DNA of 60,636 nt, counting the filler, from Platydemus manokwari (Eukaryota), in NCBI GenBank assembly GCA_037951405.1. It is 6 parts of 6 records of this genome, joined end to end, with 100 filler letters (N's around TTAATTAATTAA, not from the genome) between each part and the next. Parts side by side here need not be neighbours in the genome. Positions count along the whole stretch, not along the records: positions 21,395 to 30,176 come from JBBMOY011350982.1; positions 30,277 to 39,934 come from JBBMOY011221209.1; 4 more parts are not named here. One strand, written 5' to 3'. How positions within the stretch are numbered: the first letter of the stretch is position 1; each line of letters starts with the position of its first letter. The notes under the pieces were generated by a model. The model was given only the letters and a program-made list of their open reading frames with translations. It did not search any database and was not told the origin of the DNA. Positions 22,929 through 35,459 of the stretch are shown here, in pieces. The position numbers were made by a program, and so were the translations under genes.

Positions 22929-25810
22929 GTATGAACGAAAGGGGTTTATAGGAAAACCAGCAACAATAAAATTAAAACAATTAGCAAAATTCTATTTTAT
23001 ATACTTAATATATAAAATTTAATTTTAAATTAATTTTTAAAAACTTCTAAATTTTATAAATAAAAGGCTTTTGCAGTTATAGTAAATAATATATAAGTCC
23101 AATTATGGGCGAGAAACATATTTTATGATTTTTTCAAATGTGATTATATTAGTTAATCATTTTTTGAAATATAGATACCACATAAAAAGATGTGTAATAC
23201 TTTATTTTAGTAATAATAAAAAATTCGTTTTAAAAAATCTTGGTTTCCTTGAAACTCGTTAATATTAAGAAATACTGTATATTTGAAAAATAATTTATAA
23301 AGTATATTAAATGATGATGGGGAAGAATGCACTGATTTGAAATTAAATTCCACTTACAACATATAATAAGTGATATTTAGTATTAAGGAATACTCACGAA
23401 AGTGCTACAAATATTAAATATAGTCAAAATCAGTAAATTAAATTTTTTTAACAACAATTTGAATAACAGTTGACTTGTATTATTTAAATTAGTTTGAACT
23501 ATTAGTTCTACTTCTTTGTATAAATTTTAACTATTTTCAAATGGGAAATTAAAAATAGTATTTGTACTTCCATAAATATAAGACTGCATTTTAAAGTTAA
23601 CTATTGATTGCTTTAGCTTATTTAGGTGACCAATTTTTATGATTTCAAAAGACACGTATTTTAATTTTGGAAATTTGTGATTAAGATTACATTCGTCGGG
23701 TTTATGCTGTTATAATGTTGTTATTAAACTCATAGGCATGAGTTCTATATGAATGTATATATTAATTTACGCAGCAAAATCCATAATATTTACTTTCAAA
23801 ATTAAAAAAACAAATTATTTATTAAACTTTATTGACAATCATATAGATGTACAAAATTAGCTCTCTCGAAGAATTTTATAAACAATTTCTTCAGTGATCG
23901 CGCCAAGATCGTAGGAACTTAATCATGTCTTAATGAATTTCAAAAATATAAGCTTAATGTTTGAACTATTTTTCTTCAAAAATGATGAAACTTTTTGGCA
24001 AAATGTGTATCTGATTAATAAAAAATTTACTCACTAGATTATCCCAAAGCTTTGTCAAAGTTGTTTTAATCCAAAGTATATCGATTTAATAACCTCATGA
24101 TTTTAAATATTTTTCATTACCAAAATTTTCAAATAGAAGTATTTAAGAGTGTTTTTGTATCACTTTCCTTACTTTTATATATTAGTCGAATAATATCTAA
24201 TTTTATAAATTTCCTCTAGTTTGTACCGTTATATACATTAGTAACTTTCGAAAAAATAATCACATATATTCGAACTGAAATAATCAAAAATAAAACAACT
24301 GTGCAAAAAATATCATGTCAAATTTTCAAAGATGCAAAATTGTAAAATACATATTTTTAGAGTCAGACATAACGTTAGGTTTTAAGTAATAGTTTCTTAC
24401 AATAATCAAGATATCAAATAATCAATTTTAATTCGAATTAGTTCAACTGGAATTAGTTTAGTTGTACAAGCTCTTAAAAACTGTTCACAGATTTTGATTT
24501 CAATTTTCTTTGATCATAACTTTTGAAATTTTCGTACTGTTCTCTTATAATTCGTTCTGGTGCAGTACGAAAAACGAAATATTTCTTACAGAAAGAAGGG
24601 ATTTCGTCATTTCCAAACTCAAGGTCATAATTATAAACAATTATAAAATTATACATGCATGTTATACAAAATTACACATCCTGAAAAGGACAAAAGACTG
24701 TATTTATTTATTTTGTTCTTGAGCTTTCAATACAGTTTAATTCTAAGTAATCTTTTGCTAAGTCCATATGCTTTAGTTTTTGTTACACAGCCTTTGTTTT
24801 TAACAATCATCAAACCATACTAAAATACTTTTTTTCTTTGCTAAAGAAATAAAAATCTCATTTTCAAAACTGATATTTAAACAAAGTTTTTGACATTGAG
24901 CCAGTATTTTGTTCTCAGTAAGTAACTTTTGTGGGCAGACATTTTACAACTGTGTGCATCTGTTTTGCTTGTGCTCAAGGCTTCTATAATGATATGTTGA
25001 CAATTGTGAGGATTTTAAATTAGTAAAATCAGACTGCTAAATATCAAATCTCTGTTTGGTACCTATTGATTTATGTTGTTTATATATAAAATCTTTAGTT
25101 GTTATGTTATTGAATTATTTAGCAACCTTAAAAATAATCCTCGCCATCTAACGTGTTATTTACTTGAATTGAATTATTGAACCGGAAATAATCAAGAAGC
25201 GGAATGTAGAGAAAGAGATATATTAGAGTTATTTCAAATATTACAAAACAATAAAATAACAAAAATAATATTATCTTATTCTGGCTCTGTTGGTCACCGT
25301 AATATGTAAACTGGAACTAACGGGATGCAGAAATGGAAATACGGTGAAATGCGACTTATATTACTAAATTTAGAAATTACTTGTTTCATGCGAATTATTG
25401 ATTCAGTAATTTTAGTTGAATTGGTTGTTTTAGTAACTGTTACGTGTGTTTTCAATGCCTGATCTCTCTTTTCTTGTGTAATGATTTCAGAGCGATCAGC
25501 AATGCCGACCATTATTTTATATTTTACTCTTATTTTGATTTCTGTTACATTTTATTTTAAATTATTATTCCAATCGCTCGAAAACAATTTCGAAGATTAT
25601 TTTAATCAACGATCATGGTTTTTAAAAATCGGTCAATAATTTTTTTCACATATTTTTGCTAAAGTTCAATTATTATTTTATTTTTTATTATATTGCTTTT
25701 CCATTTCAGAACTACTTCACATTATAAGATATTATTCTTCATACAGTATTGCACACACATTTTTTACATTTTACATTTAACGTCTATACTGTGATTTACT
25801 TTTTACGCCT

Positions 25811-26687
25811 GAATAATCACTGACTCCAAAAATCGAAAGCTTTAAACTTTATTTCTGATCCGAGTACTAATAAGTATGACTCACAAAATAACATGGACAC
25901 AATCAAGATTGATTCATAATTAGTGCTCGTACTATTCAAAAACATAACCAAAAGCTGGCTTCCAACTGGTGGTTGGCCATCTTTACATCGATAATTGTAC
26001 TCGAGAATTTGTGTGTAATTTATGTGTCATATTTGTATCGCATTTTAATTTGATATTTACTTTTCCATGTTTCTATTAGGCTTACTAGTTTTCGTATGAA
26101 TGGGATTGGTCAATTCTTATGTGTGTGCTGTGTGGGTATGTTCCTTTTTCCAATTATAGTTTACCACCTAACTCTGTTGTGATTGGTTGATTTTTATGCC
26201 TGTATGATTGTGTAGGTGTGTAAATGTTTAAAGGTTCTTTTATCATTTACAAGTTTTTATCTAACTCAAAACTATCATAAAATCACAGGTTTTTTGTTTT
26301 GTTTTAATCATAGATTCACCAGTTTATTGTTTATTCCATTGTTAATTTTGTACGGATTTGTGGCATTGATTTGTCGGGTATTTTCGAATAATTTGTACGC
26401 AATATGATGAACGATATGTAAAATACATAAATGGAAGTAAAATGTAGATAAATTATAAAATTAATTTGAAATTAAATTATTAAATTAATATTTAAAATAT
26501 TCTTCAGTTAAGCAGTTAAAGTAACCCAATCACATTTCTCAAAAATAGCAAGCACATATCTCGAAATATGGCCAAATACCAGTTGGTAGCCAATTTTTGA
26601 TTTTAATTTTGTGATTCTTTGTGAATCGTACTGATTAGTAAGTAAATTAGAAATAAAGCTTACAACTTTCGAGTTTTGGAGTTATTC
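25811..26687. mobile_element. Degenerate non-autonomous DNA element with long (>100 bp) terminal inverted repeats
   Basis: 25811-25985 (ctccaaaaatcgaaagctttaaactttatttctga...tggcttccaactggtggttggccat) aligns with the reverse complement of 26561-26687 (ctccaaaactcgaaagttgtaagctttatttctaa...tggctaccaactggtatttggccat). Confidence 0.75.
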
Positions 26688-27414
26688 GAATTTTTCGGTT
26701 ATTCAGAATTTAGATACAACAATATAATATTTTTGACGAAATTGTTTTTTTGTTGTTTTCAATCTTTTAAAATTAATTTTAGATTTCTGCATCTGTAAAA
26801 GTTTCCGTTGGTTTATTGAGTACTTTTACATATTTCTTTTGCTTTAATTAAATCTTTGATTCAAGATAATGTGGTCAAACTAATCTATTGGATGGCAAAC
26901 ATTAATGTTAATCCGATAGTATAATAGCTTAAATCGAATGATACAAAATTCATCACAGTGCTTTATAAACATTGTCATGGTTAGGGTGGTTTATTGATTG
27001 AACCTTTGTCAATACTAAGAATTACTCCTTTGATTTCGTAGTTTTTTCTACTTATGTCTGTCAAGTTAGACTTTGAATCTGAGATTTCATAATTTATTTA
27101 TGTTTAGATTAGTACCCACAATCATTTTATTCACATTAACTTATATGTAGTCATTAGATTTGAGTTTTCGATCAGCATTTCACTCATGAACAACATTTCT
27201 ATCAAAACTGTTTGGAAATTATTAAAAACTTCATAAATAATTTTTTCACTCAAATTAAGTTGTTTCAATAATTCATCAGTAAAATTAATTTTAATGAATT
27301 TAAAATAGTAAAACAAAGTCCTAGAGATAAAATACCACCAATACAAACAAACTCGAATCTACTACAGTAATTTATTTCATAAATTATTGTGATTATATTT
27401 TAAAGAAAGATTAT

Positions 27415-27810
27415 GTTGAAAAGAGGATTTAGATAAATCCCCTCGAAAAAACAAGTGGAAATCACACAGTTCATGCCACATTACTAATCAAATAATCATT
27501 CTTTTCCGCATATTTTTCCCGCATAAAGAGTCTAAGCGCTGAAGCTTGAGTGGAGTCACATCATATCAGTATTTTGATATCGAATCTTGAATTTAGCTGC
27601 AGACAGTAGCTGGTCTATAAATTTATTCATGATATGCAATCTGTGTGCCAATATCTCTGAAATTGCATATTCTCATGCAGAACAAATTTCTAACATTAAA
27701 TTTAAGAGAATTAGTTGATTTATAGTTCCATATTATTATATATGGATGGGTGTCTCTATTTGAACTCATGTGATGTGGCTGCACGATTATATTCTTTTCA
27801 CGAATCTTGG
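27415..27810 (+). mobile_element. Possible piggyBac transposase fossil
   Basis: Fragments in order: KRGFR*IPSKK (cf. FRQYIPSK), WSINLFMICN (cf. GIKLFMLCD), YMDG../.NSCDVAARLY (cf. YMDNFYNSV.LA..L). Many stops and frameshifts. Confidence 0.35.
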
Positions 27811-30176
27811 GTTGCATACTTCTCATTTATGAAATATATAATATTTTATTTTGGATAAATTGCATTCCAAGTGCTAAATATTAACTAACAATGAAGTCAG
27901 AAAATTATAATTTAAACTACAAAAAATTACAGTATCAACTCGTCAGTAGATACAAAGAAAATAGTTTTACAACATGTTATTATTAAATTATCATTCAAGA
28001 CGCCACCAGCACCTGGAAGTTGAATACCGAACAGAAGACAATAAAGAAGACTGGCTGTCAGAAAAATCACACAAAAATCACAGAACAGAATGAAGATTAC
28101 CAACCAAAAAAGACTGCCCTTGAAATCCAATTCTTTTATAGACTTATTATGTGTGTCCACTTTATGTCTTAGAACTACGTTTTTCATTTGATAAATTCGT
28201 TCATACATCGATATGCTTACAATTTATTTTAAATCTCCCGTACTATTGACGAATATCGGTGTTTGTTGCCATTGTTGGTAATTACTGACTTCTAAATACG
28301 GATTGATATATAGAAAGAATTTTATAGGCTATTGGCTCGTGCGCTTATTGAATCTATGTGTATCAATTATTTTAGGGTTACTTCCATGGTTTCCGTGAAA
28401 ACTTTGACTGTTTTCATGACCTAATCACCTTAAGGTTTTATTCAAATCTTCAGAGGTTTCAAAGATAGTGTAATGATGGAGATCAGTTATGCACTATCAC
28501 TGAAATTAAACTTCCTACTTCAACAAAGGGACATGTTAATGTATGTTTTTAAATTATCGATGTTTATTAATAATTGAAAATTTTTATATTGTTTTGGTAA
28601 AGCCTTGGACAATGTTAGGAACAAAAATGGAGAGAGGGAAGTTGAGAACAATATTTATTCAGTTAGGGAAACTCGAAAAAATTAGCAGAAAGAAATTGAT
28701 TATAATTAAAATGAGACGTGACTGAAAGAATATTTTGTAACCCATCTCAGTGATTCAGGAAAATAAAAGAGAAGAGTAATTAATCTTCTTTTTTATTTAA
28801 GATAATTAAAATAAACTGCTCATTATTGTTGTAATTTCCTAAAATGAGCAAATTGTTAACAAAATGCTAATCCACTGAATAGATGTAGTAAATTTGTTTT
28901 GGTTGTATTGAATCTCTATGGTAATAGCTGAATATCGAATGAATTGATACTTCTACAATACATTAATGAGTAACTCTTGCTCGATAACTCTATCTGTCTA
29001 TTCGGTTGTGAAGTCTTAGGCGTTTCCTGAACGTCTACCAAAATAAGAGCTCTTTGAATTGAGTACTGGTTTGTTTTATTGTGTGGCAAATTATATCTTG
29101 TCACTCTTTATATATAAGTGATTTAGGGCGATGTGGGGTTCTTTAAATATTATATATTGTTGTCATTATTTTATAATTTAATAGCTATTTATCAATGTAA
29201 TTTTACTGGTTACAGGTTTTGCTGTTCTTCTACAGAAAGGCTTCTATAAAAGTGTGATGACTATTATATATAACTGTTCATTTGATAATACAAAAATGAT
29301 AAAAAGACATGTATCAGAACAAAGTTTAGTTGGTTTCCCAAAGACTTCTGGTTCCAGTAATTGTTACTTAATAAGAGCGATAGTAATACATGTCGACATT
29401 TATAGTGTACAATGAAAGAAAAGAAAAAATTACACCTGATACCGTTTCTGGTGATCACCGAACTATATATAATTCTTAGATCGATGAGAACAAAGACTTA
29501 GTTATGAATTACCTTGTCTGCACTGCTCGCTACATTGATCAAATTCTTGTAATGGCAACTGAGTGTTATGATTTTTTGTGTGTTTGATCTTCACTTTATA
29601 TAGTTTCATATACTTTTTCACAAAGATTCTTGGTGTCACGTTTAATGTTTATTGTTTTTATTTTCTTGCTTAGGGTTTTCAGTATTTTTAATCCATACAC
29701 CACAAACACCACGAGGTCAAATAACATACTACATTGTTTTTTTCTTATTCTGTCACCATCTGTTTATACTTAAAAATAAAAAAACAAAAATACATTTCCA
29801 GTATCACTTTTAATGTACCGGATAAAAACATGTAATGTAAAGATAAAAACACATTTTTCTAAAATTCCTTTCTAATGATAAGATGATATGTTTTTCTCTT
29901 TATTAAATATTTTTTGATTCAAATGCTGCTAATGGTTAATGAATAATATTTTACTTTTCTATTCACCAAATTATTCACAAATATTAATCAAGCGATGATA
30001 AGTGTTGGATTAAATATAAATGAGTTTCTATGTTATAAGTAACTCGATGATTTTATGATTTTTCTTATGTATGAAGGTCAGATACTCGAACATTTTACTT
30101 CATGTATTTGGAATTATAACCATGTTAGATTATACATATCGTGTAGTTTTCAATTTTTCACAGTGTTTGCACAAGT

Positions 30177-30276
30177 NNNNNNNNNNNNNNNNNNNNNNNN
30201 NNNNNNNNNNNNNNNNNNNNTTAATTAATTAANNNNNNNNNNNNNNNNNNNNNNNNNNNNNNNNNNNNNNNNNNNN
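30177..30276. other. Artificial scaffold spacer N44-TTAATTAATTAA-N44
   Basis: Same 100-nt structure. Confidence 0.97.
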
Positions 30277-31502
30277 AGACTAATAAAAAAATATTTATTC
30301 AAATATTAATTTCAGTGGTGCAGTTTGTCGATATCATTCAATAATTCTATAAATCTGAAAACAGTATCAAAATTGGTGAAACAATGTACTTTTTATTATT
30401 TCTTGAAATAGGATTTGTTTTTTTTTATTTTAGAAAGTCAGAAGCTTTGGATAATTAAGATAAATATATTCTAAGATTTTTTAAAGTATCACAAAGATAG
30501 AAGTAGAGGTATAAATGGAAAATTTGAAAATGTATTGACTGCTATAATATGACTTAGTTTGATAAAATCTATCTACCTTAATCAAATTCTCTCAAAAAAC
30601 TCATTTTTGATTATCGAAATTATTATCGATTGTGAGTTCTTTAACCTATCGGTATTAAGTAATAGAAAGTGATAGACTCAGTTGAGTTTAATTTATCGAA
30701 TTAAAAATCCTTTTGTAAGTCTAATTGTTGCTTAAGACACAGATAATTTCCAACTTTTTCAAATTGATGTGATATAAAGTATAGTTATTTCAAAGTGTTT
30801 TTGAATTATACAAGTAACAAAAAGTTGAATATAGGTTTTTACGAATTTCAAATAGTGTATTTTTAAGTTATGCAGGGAATCACAATAAATTCAATTAATG
30901 CTATTCAATTAATGCTTAGATTATAGATACTTAGTTTCGGTCCTAGTCGAGTTCCTACGACAAATCTTCGTACTAACTAAAACACCATTGGGACCAAGGG
31001 AGTCAGGGAATAATATATCGTGTTATACAAAATTAGTATTGGATTTCAAAACTGTTTGCTGAAATAGATATATTTGATATTATCAATTATACAACATACT
31101 TGTGATACAATAATAATCGGAAACCGAAGAAAATTCCAACAGATGGTTATTCCTATAAATTCTATAAGAAATTATTATAAGAAATAATGTTTTAATAGAC
31201 GTTAATTTTCAATACAAACGAGTAGCTTTATTCGTACACTTTACTTATATTCATATAATATATACTTTATATATAATAAATAAATTTTTTGATTTTGTAG
31301 GCTCATACAAATTTTATTCACAACTTTAAATCAGGGATATTCTTAATTGAGAAACAATAAAAATATGGAAAGTCAGTTCGTTATAATTGTGAAATATTTT
31401 ATAAATTAATATAATCATTAATGTGTTCGATTCAATGTGCAAATATACAATTTACAAAAAATATTCTGATAGATGCTTTAATAAAATTGAGTCAGAAGAT
31501 TT

Positions 31503-32000
31503 TAGAATATCTACATCTATTAAGACCCCCCTCATATTTAGATCAAAATTTTTTAAAAAACCTAAATTACTTTATTTGTCATAGAAACCAGAAAATTCTT
31601 CTTCATAATCAAACATATCTTCTGCTTCCACGTGTTAATTAACCAGTTTGTAGCTAATTATTTAATTTCCTCATCATCTGGGTCTGAGAAATCACTTTGG
31701 ACAAAATAGCATCATCTTCAAAGCCAATTTTGGCAAATTCAACCACTTTTAGCTTGTATCTTGAAATGTAGGAATTTCGCCTTTCAGCCATTTTACGAGA
31801 ATCAGAAAATTGCACACAAATTTGTTAGGTGAAATATCAATTCATTGTGTAAAGCAGCTGAAAACCGCAGAAAACTAGCTAATCACATGCATGAATGGTT
31901 GATCCAGCAAGCCAAGCTGCTGACTACACTAATAAGACCTCACTGGATTTTAGACTGAATTTTTTGCAAAAAGTTAGGTCTTAATACACGTAATCTACGG
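31503..32000 (-). mobile_element. Internally deleted pogo/Tigger-like (Tc1/mariner superfamily) element
   Basis: One end reads TA|CCGTAGATTACGTGTATTAAGACC on the minus strand (pogo-type terminus), with a decayed counterpart ..tctacatctattaagacccc near 31510-31530. ATG at 31791 gives MAERRNSYISRYKLKVVEFAK (pogo Brinker-type HTH start), followed directly by an acidic C-terminal-like piece (GFEDDAI..SDFSDPDDEE). Confidence 0.7.
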
Positions 32001-32820
32001 TATTTATCTTGACTTCATACAGATAAAAATGTTTATGAAATATATTGAAATAATACGACAAATACAATGATAAGTACAGTGACACCAATATACATATTTT
32101 TAAAAATATTTTAACATTATTTCAAAAAGCCATATGCGAATAAATAATAATCCAGTGCAATATATCTCGAGCCGAATTATTCTGATCATGTGCTTTATGC
32201 ATATATGCCTAGTGTTCACTGGAAGACAAAAGGTACGTTTCATTTTGTAACACCATATTTTAAAATCAGTAATATCTTTTATGTAACGCTCTTGTAAATT
32301 AATACTACTCCAATTAGATAGTGTGCTGTATTGGAATTCCGGGGAAAATTTTTAAAAAATTGTATCTCGATTTATCATTGCATTTGTTGTATTATTTCAA
32401 TATATTTTCATAATAACTTCAGTGAGTGGAAAATATTTATTTGGGTGTAGCCTGTAATACGATAATACTACAAGCACTAAATCGATGATTCTGATTAAAT
32501 CTTTTGTAAAAATAACAAACTTATCTATTGGATAATTTACAAAATGATGTACAATATAGAGGATTTCAACAAACACTAATTAGTTTTTCCTAATAACCCA
32601 AAAATATTTAATACATCATAAGCAACACAGGTAAAAATATCCCCTTAATAAGTGTATTAATGTGTTTAAAAACCCGAGTTTCTGGGAAAATAAATTTCAG
32701 ATTTCAGGATAGTTTCATGTCAAAAATTTAATGTTAAATTTGTTAGTTAGAGGCAAACATTTTCTTTCAAATTAAAGAATCATAATTTTATACTTTCAAT
32801 AAAATTATCAATAATATAGA

Positions 32821-35459
32821 ATGGCAAATCAATTTAATAATTTAAAAACTGGAAAGTCTGATAGAAAACTTGTGAGATTTTCTGATTTAAATTGTAACAA
32901 CTATCAAACCGAAGTGTCGTCGAAAAGAAAGAGTTCAATAACTAGTCACAGAGCAGTAGGGAAAAGAATAACTAGCCTAAAGCAAAAATGTCCTTCAGGT
33001 GGACCTCTGACAACGTGGGAAATTGCCAAGTAAGCTTTCGATAACTTTTAAAAATAATTTATTTGATTCAAATAGATATCGACAGTCGAAATTTGAAATA
33101 ATTTTAAAAGAAATGCTCTCTAAAGGTTATCATAGATCGTTCTCAACACTATTCAACATCAATCAAGAGCGAGAAAGAAAACGCCTAGTTGAAGGACCAG
33201 ATTCCACAAGATGGAAATTAAAATCACTACAATTTCATTCTAAACTTGATCAGATCAAAGAATATCTTTGTTTAATTGAGGATTCTCAAAGGAAAGAAGA
33301 TTATCCCACTTTGTTGACATCCACTGCATTTCTGATTCGAACTTTCGGTGAATTTCCCGAAGATAACTGGATAGTACAGCAATTTGTCGCAACTGAACTT
33401 GAATCTAGTTCGAATGTAAAGTATGATTCTGGATATATGAAGGCCTTAGCAAACTTGACGGCTGGTATTAATGCAGAGAAGAGCTGTTAAACATTATAGA
33501 TATTTCATTAAGTAATTAAGATAACTTTTTGTTTTAGATGATTACAACTTGGCTGCTGAACATTTATCCAGGGTCTTTTCCATGGCATATTCACAAAATT
33601 GGCTTGACTCTGAGGGGCAGCCAATGCTAAAAGTCTGCAGTGAACACCTTTGTCTAGTTTATTTGCATCTATCCTGTGATGTCGCGAATTCGAAGCCAAC
33701 ACAGATGCTAGCATATTTAAAACAGGCTCATGAAATAAGCAAAGAAGGTAATTATTAGCATTTTATCATTTCTTAATAATCATTTTTAAATCTCTATTAA
33801 TATTGGTAATGTTCTGTTAGAATCTAACCATTTTGACCCTTAGTAAATATAATGAATACGAAATTCCAAAAAATAAAAATAATTCCTGAGTTATTTTATA
33901 TTCAGCATATTTAACGAGAGTTAAATAGCTTATATTTTTATTATTTAATAACTCTTTGTCCGGATAAAAATTAAAAATGATAATTTTAATTAAGTATTTA
34001 ACTTCATATGCTTCCCTACAATATTCCTTTTTATTTTGTATCTTTCTCATTTAATTTTAAATTACAATTGCATATTGTTTTTCGATTTCTTTGAAACTAT
34101 TACCTGTATGTTTTCCAGCTCTAAACAGCCATATGTGCCATTGTAGTAGTATTTGACTCATTACAGTGCTAGTTGTGGTGCTCCATTAATCAAATATTTT
34201 GGACAAAATTTTCGTTTCAATTTCTGTAACAGAAATTAAAGTGTATTTTATTTATATATTATTTATCGACCTGTGATTCTCTGAATTCTTCTCTTTGTTG
34301 CCTTGTTTTGGTATTTCTTTCCACATATATGTCTTCGTGACTTTGTTGTAGATCTGGCTTTGTTTCTATGGACCCTTGTATAAGGACAAATCAAAATTAT
34401 TTTTTAAATATAGGTCGGGAAAAATTATTTTTCAAAATATAAAAATATTGCGTTTTTATTGTTTGGATATAATTAATTATTTATTTTATTATAATAATTT
34501 TTAGTGCTATAAATCAGTATCTCACTTGATGAGTTATTCGTAATAATTATTAACAAATTTGTGAAAATACATCCCAAGTAAGATTATAATTTCTCGGTCG
34601 GAGTGATTGCGTTTCCACTGAATTTGTTGTGCCATATACATTTATTTATTAAAATTTTCTATGAAATATATATTAATTTTTTATTATTTATTTTTATTTA
34701 CTTATTTTATTCTCCTTTAAAATTTTTCAAAGTTTAGCGGGTCTCAAAACCGTTGAAGCGACATGTTGCCTAGAAATGGGGAGAGTTTTTGAAAAATTAA
34801 AAAATATCGATATGGCTATAGCAGTACTTTGATATTCCATAGTTTATTTTGGATATGTCTTTCATTTCAGTATTATCGAGGACTTTTCGAGGTTACTCAC
34901 AGTATAAATGACCAATACAAACTAGGACTAGCAAATGAGGCCCTTGCTAGATGTTATGAAAAGTTGCTATATATGCATCTTGTAACTAAATTTTATCATT
35001 CAATTATTCAGACAAAATAATAGATTGGAAGCCACGAGATATATGGAAAAATTTGTTTTAATAGCCGAGAGATCATGCGACTGGAATGAATATGCACGAG
35101 CTTGTAGAGTTGTGGGAGAATTGTATAATCGATTCGAAGATTACGATAAGGCAAAGATAGCTTTTGCAAACTCTTATCAGGTTACATATTGTTTAAAGGT
35201 TTGGCATTTTTGAATGATGAATAGTTTCATTGCATATATTTACTAGACTCCAAACGAATTTAATCAATCTAAATTGCTCAATGGGGTAGCTGTAGGCAAC
35301 AAGGCTAATAAGCAAGTTGCAAACCATATTGTAACGAATACTAGGGAACCTGTTACGAAACTCATGAATTTTCGTGCAGATACTTTGGATAATACTTCCG
35401 ATATGTTTATGGATGTTATTACTGAAACCAACGGTAATTTAATTTCATTAAATATTTAA
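32821..35459 (+). CDS. TTC29: Tetratricopeptide repeat protein 29
   Basis: Exons 32821-33029, 33076-33485, 33538-33747, 34738-34823, 34871-34962, 35012-35180, 35247-35459 are all GT-AG and phase-consistent. Motifs EMLSKGYHRSFSTLF, EDNWI.QQF, AAEHL....W.DSEG, AHEISKE match TTC29. The last exon may splice on at 35433. Confidence 0.9.

Noticed and set aside
24474-24990. Possible decayed gag/zinc-knuckle/protease relic on minus strand
   Set aside because: Only scattered Cys/His residues and no intact CCHC or D-T/S-G motif.
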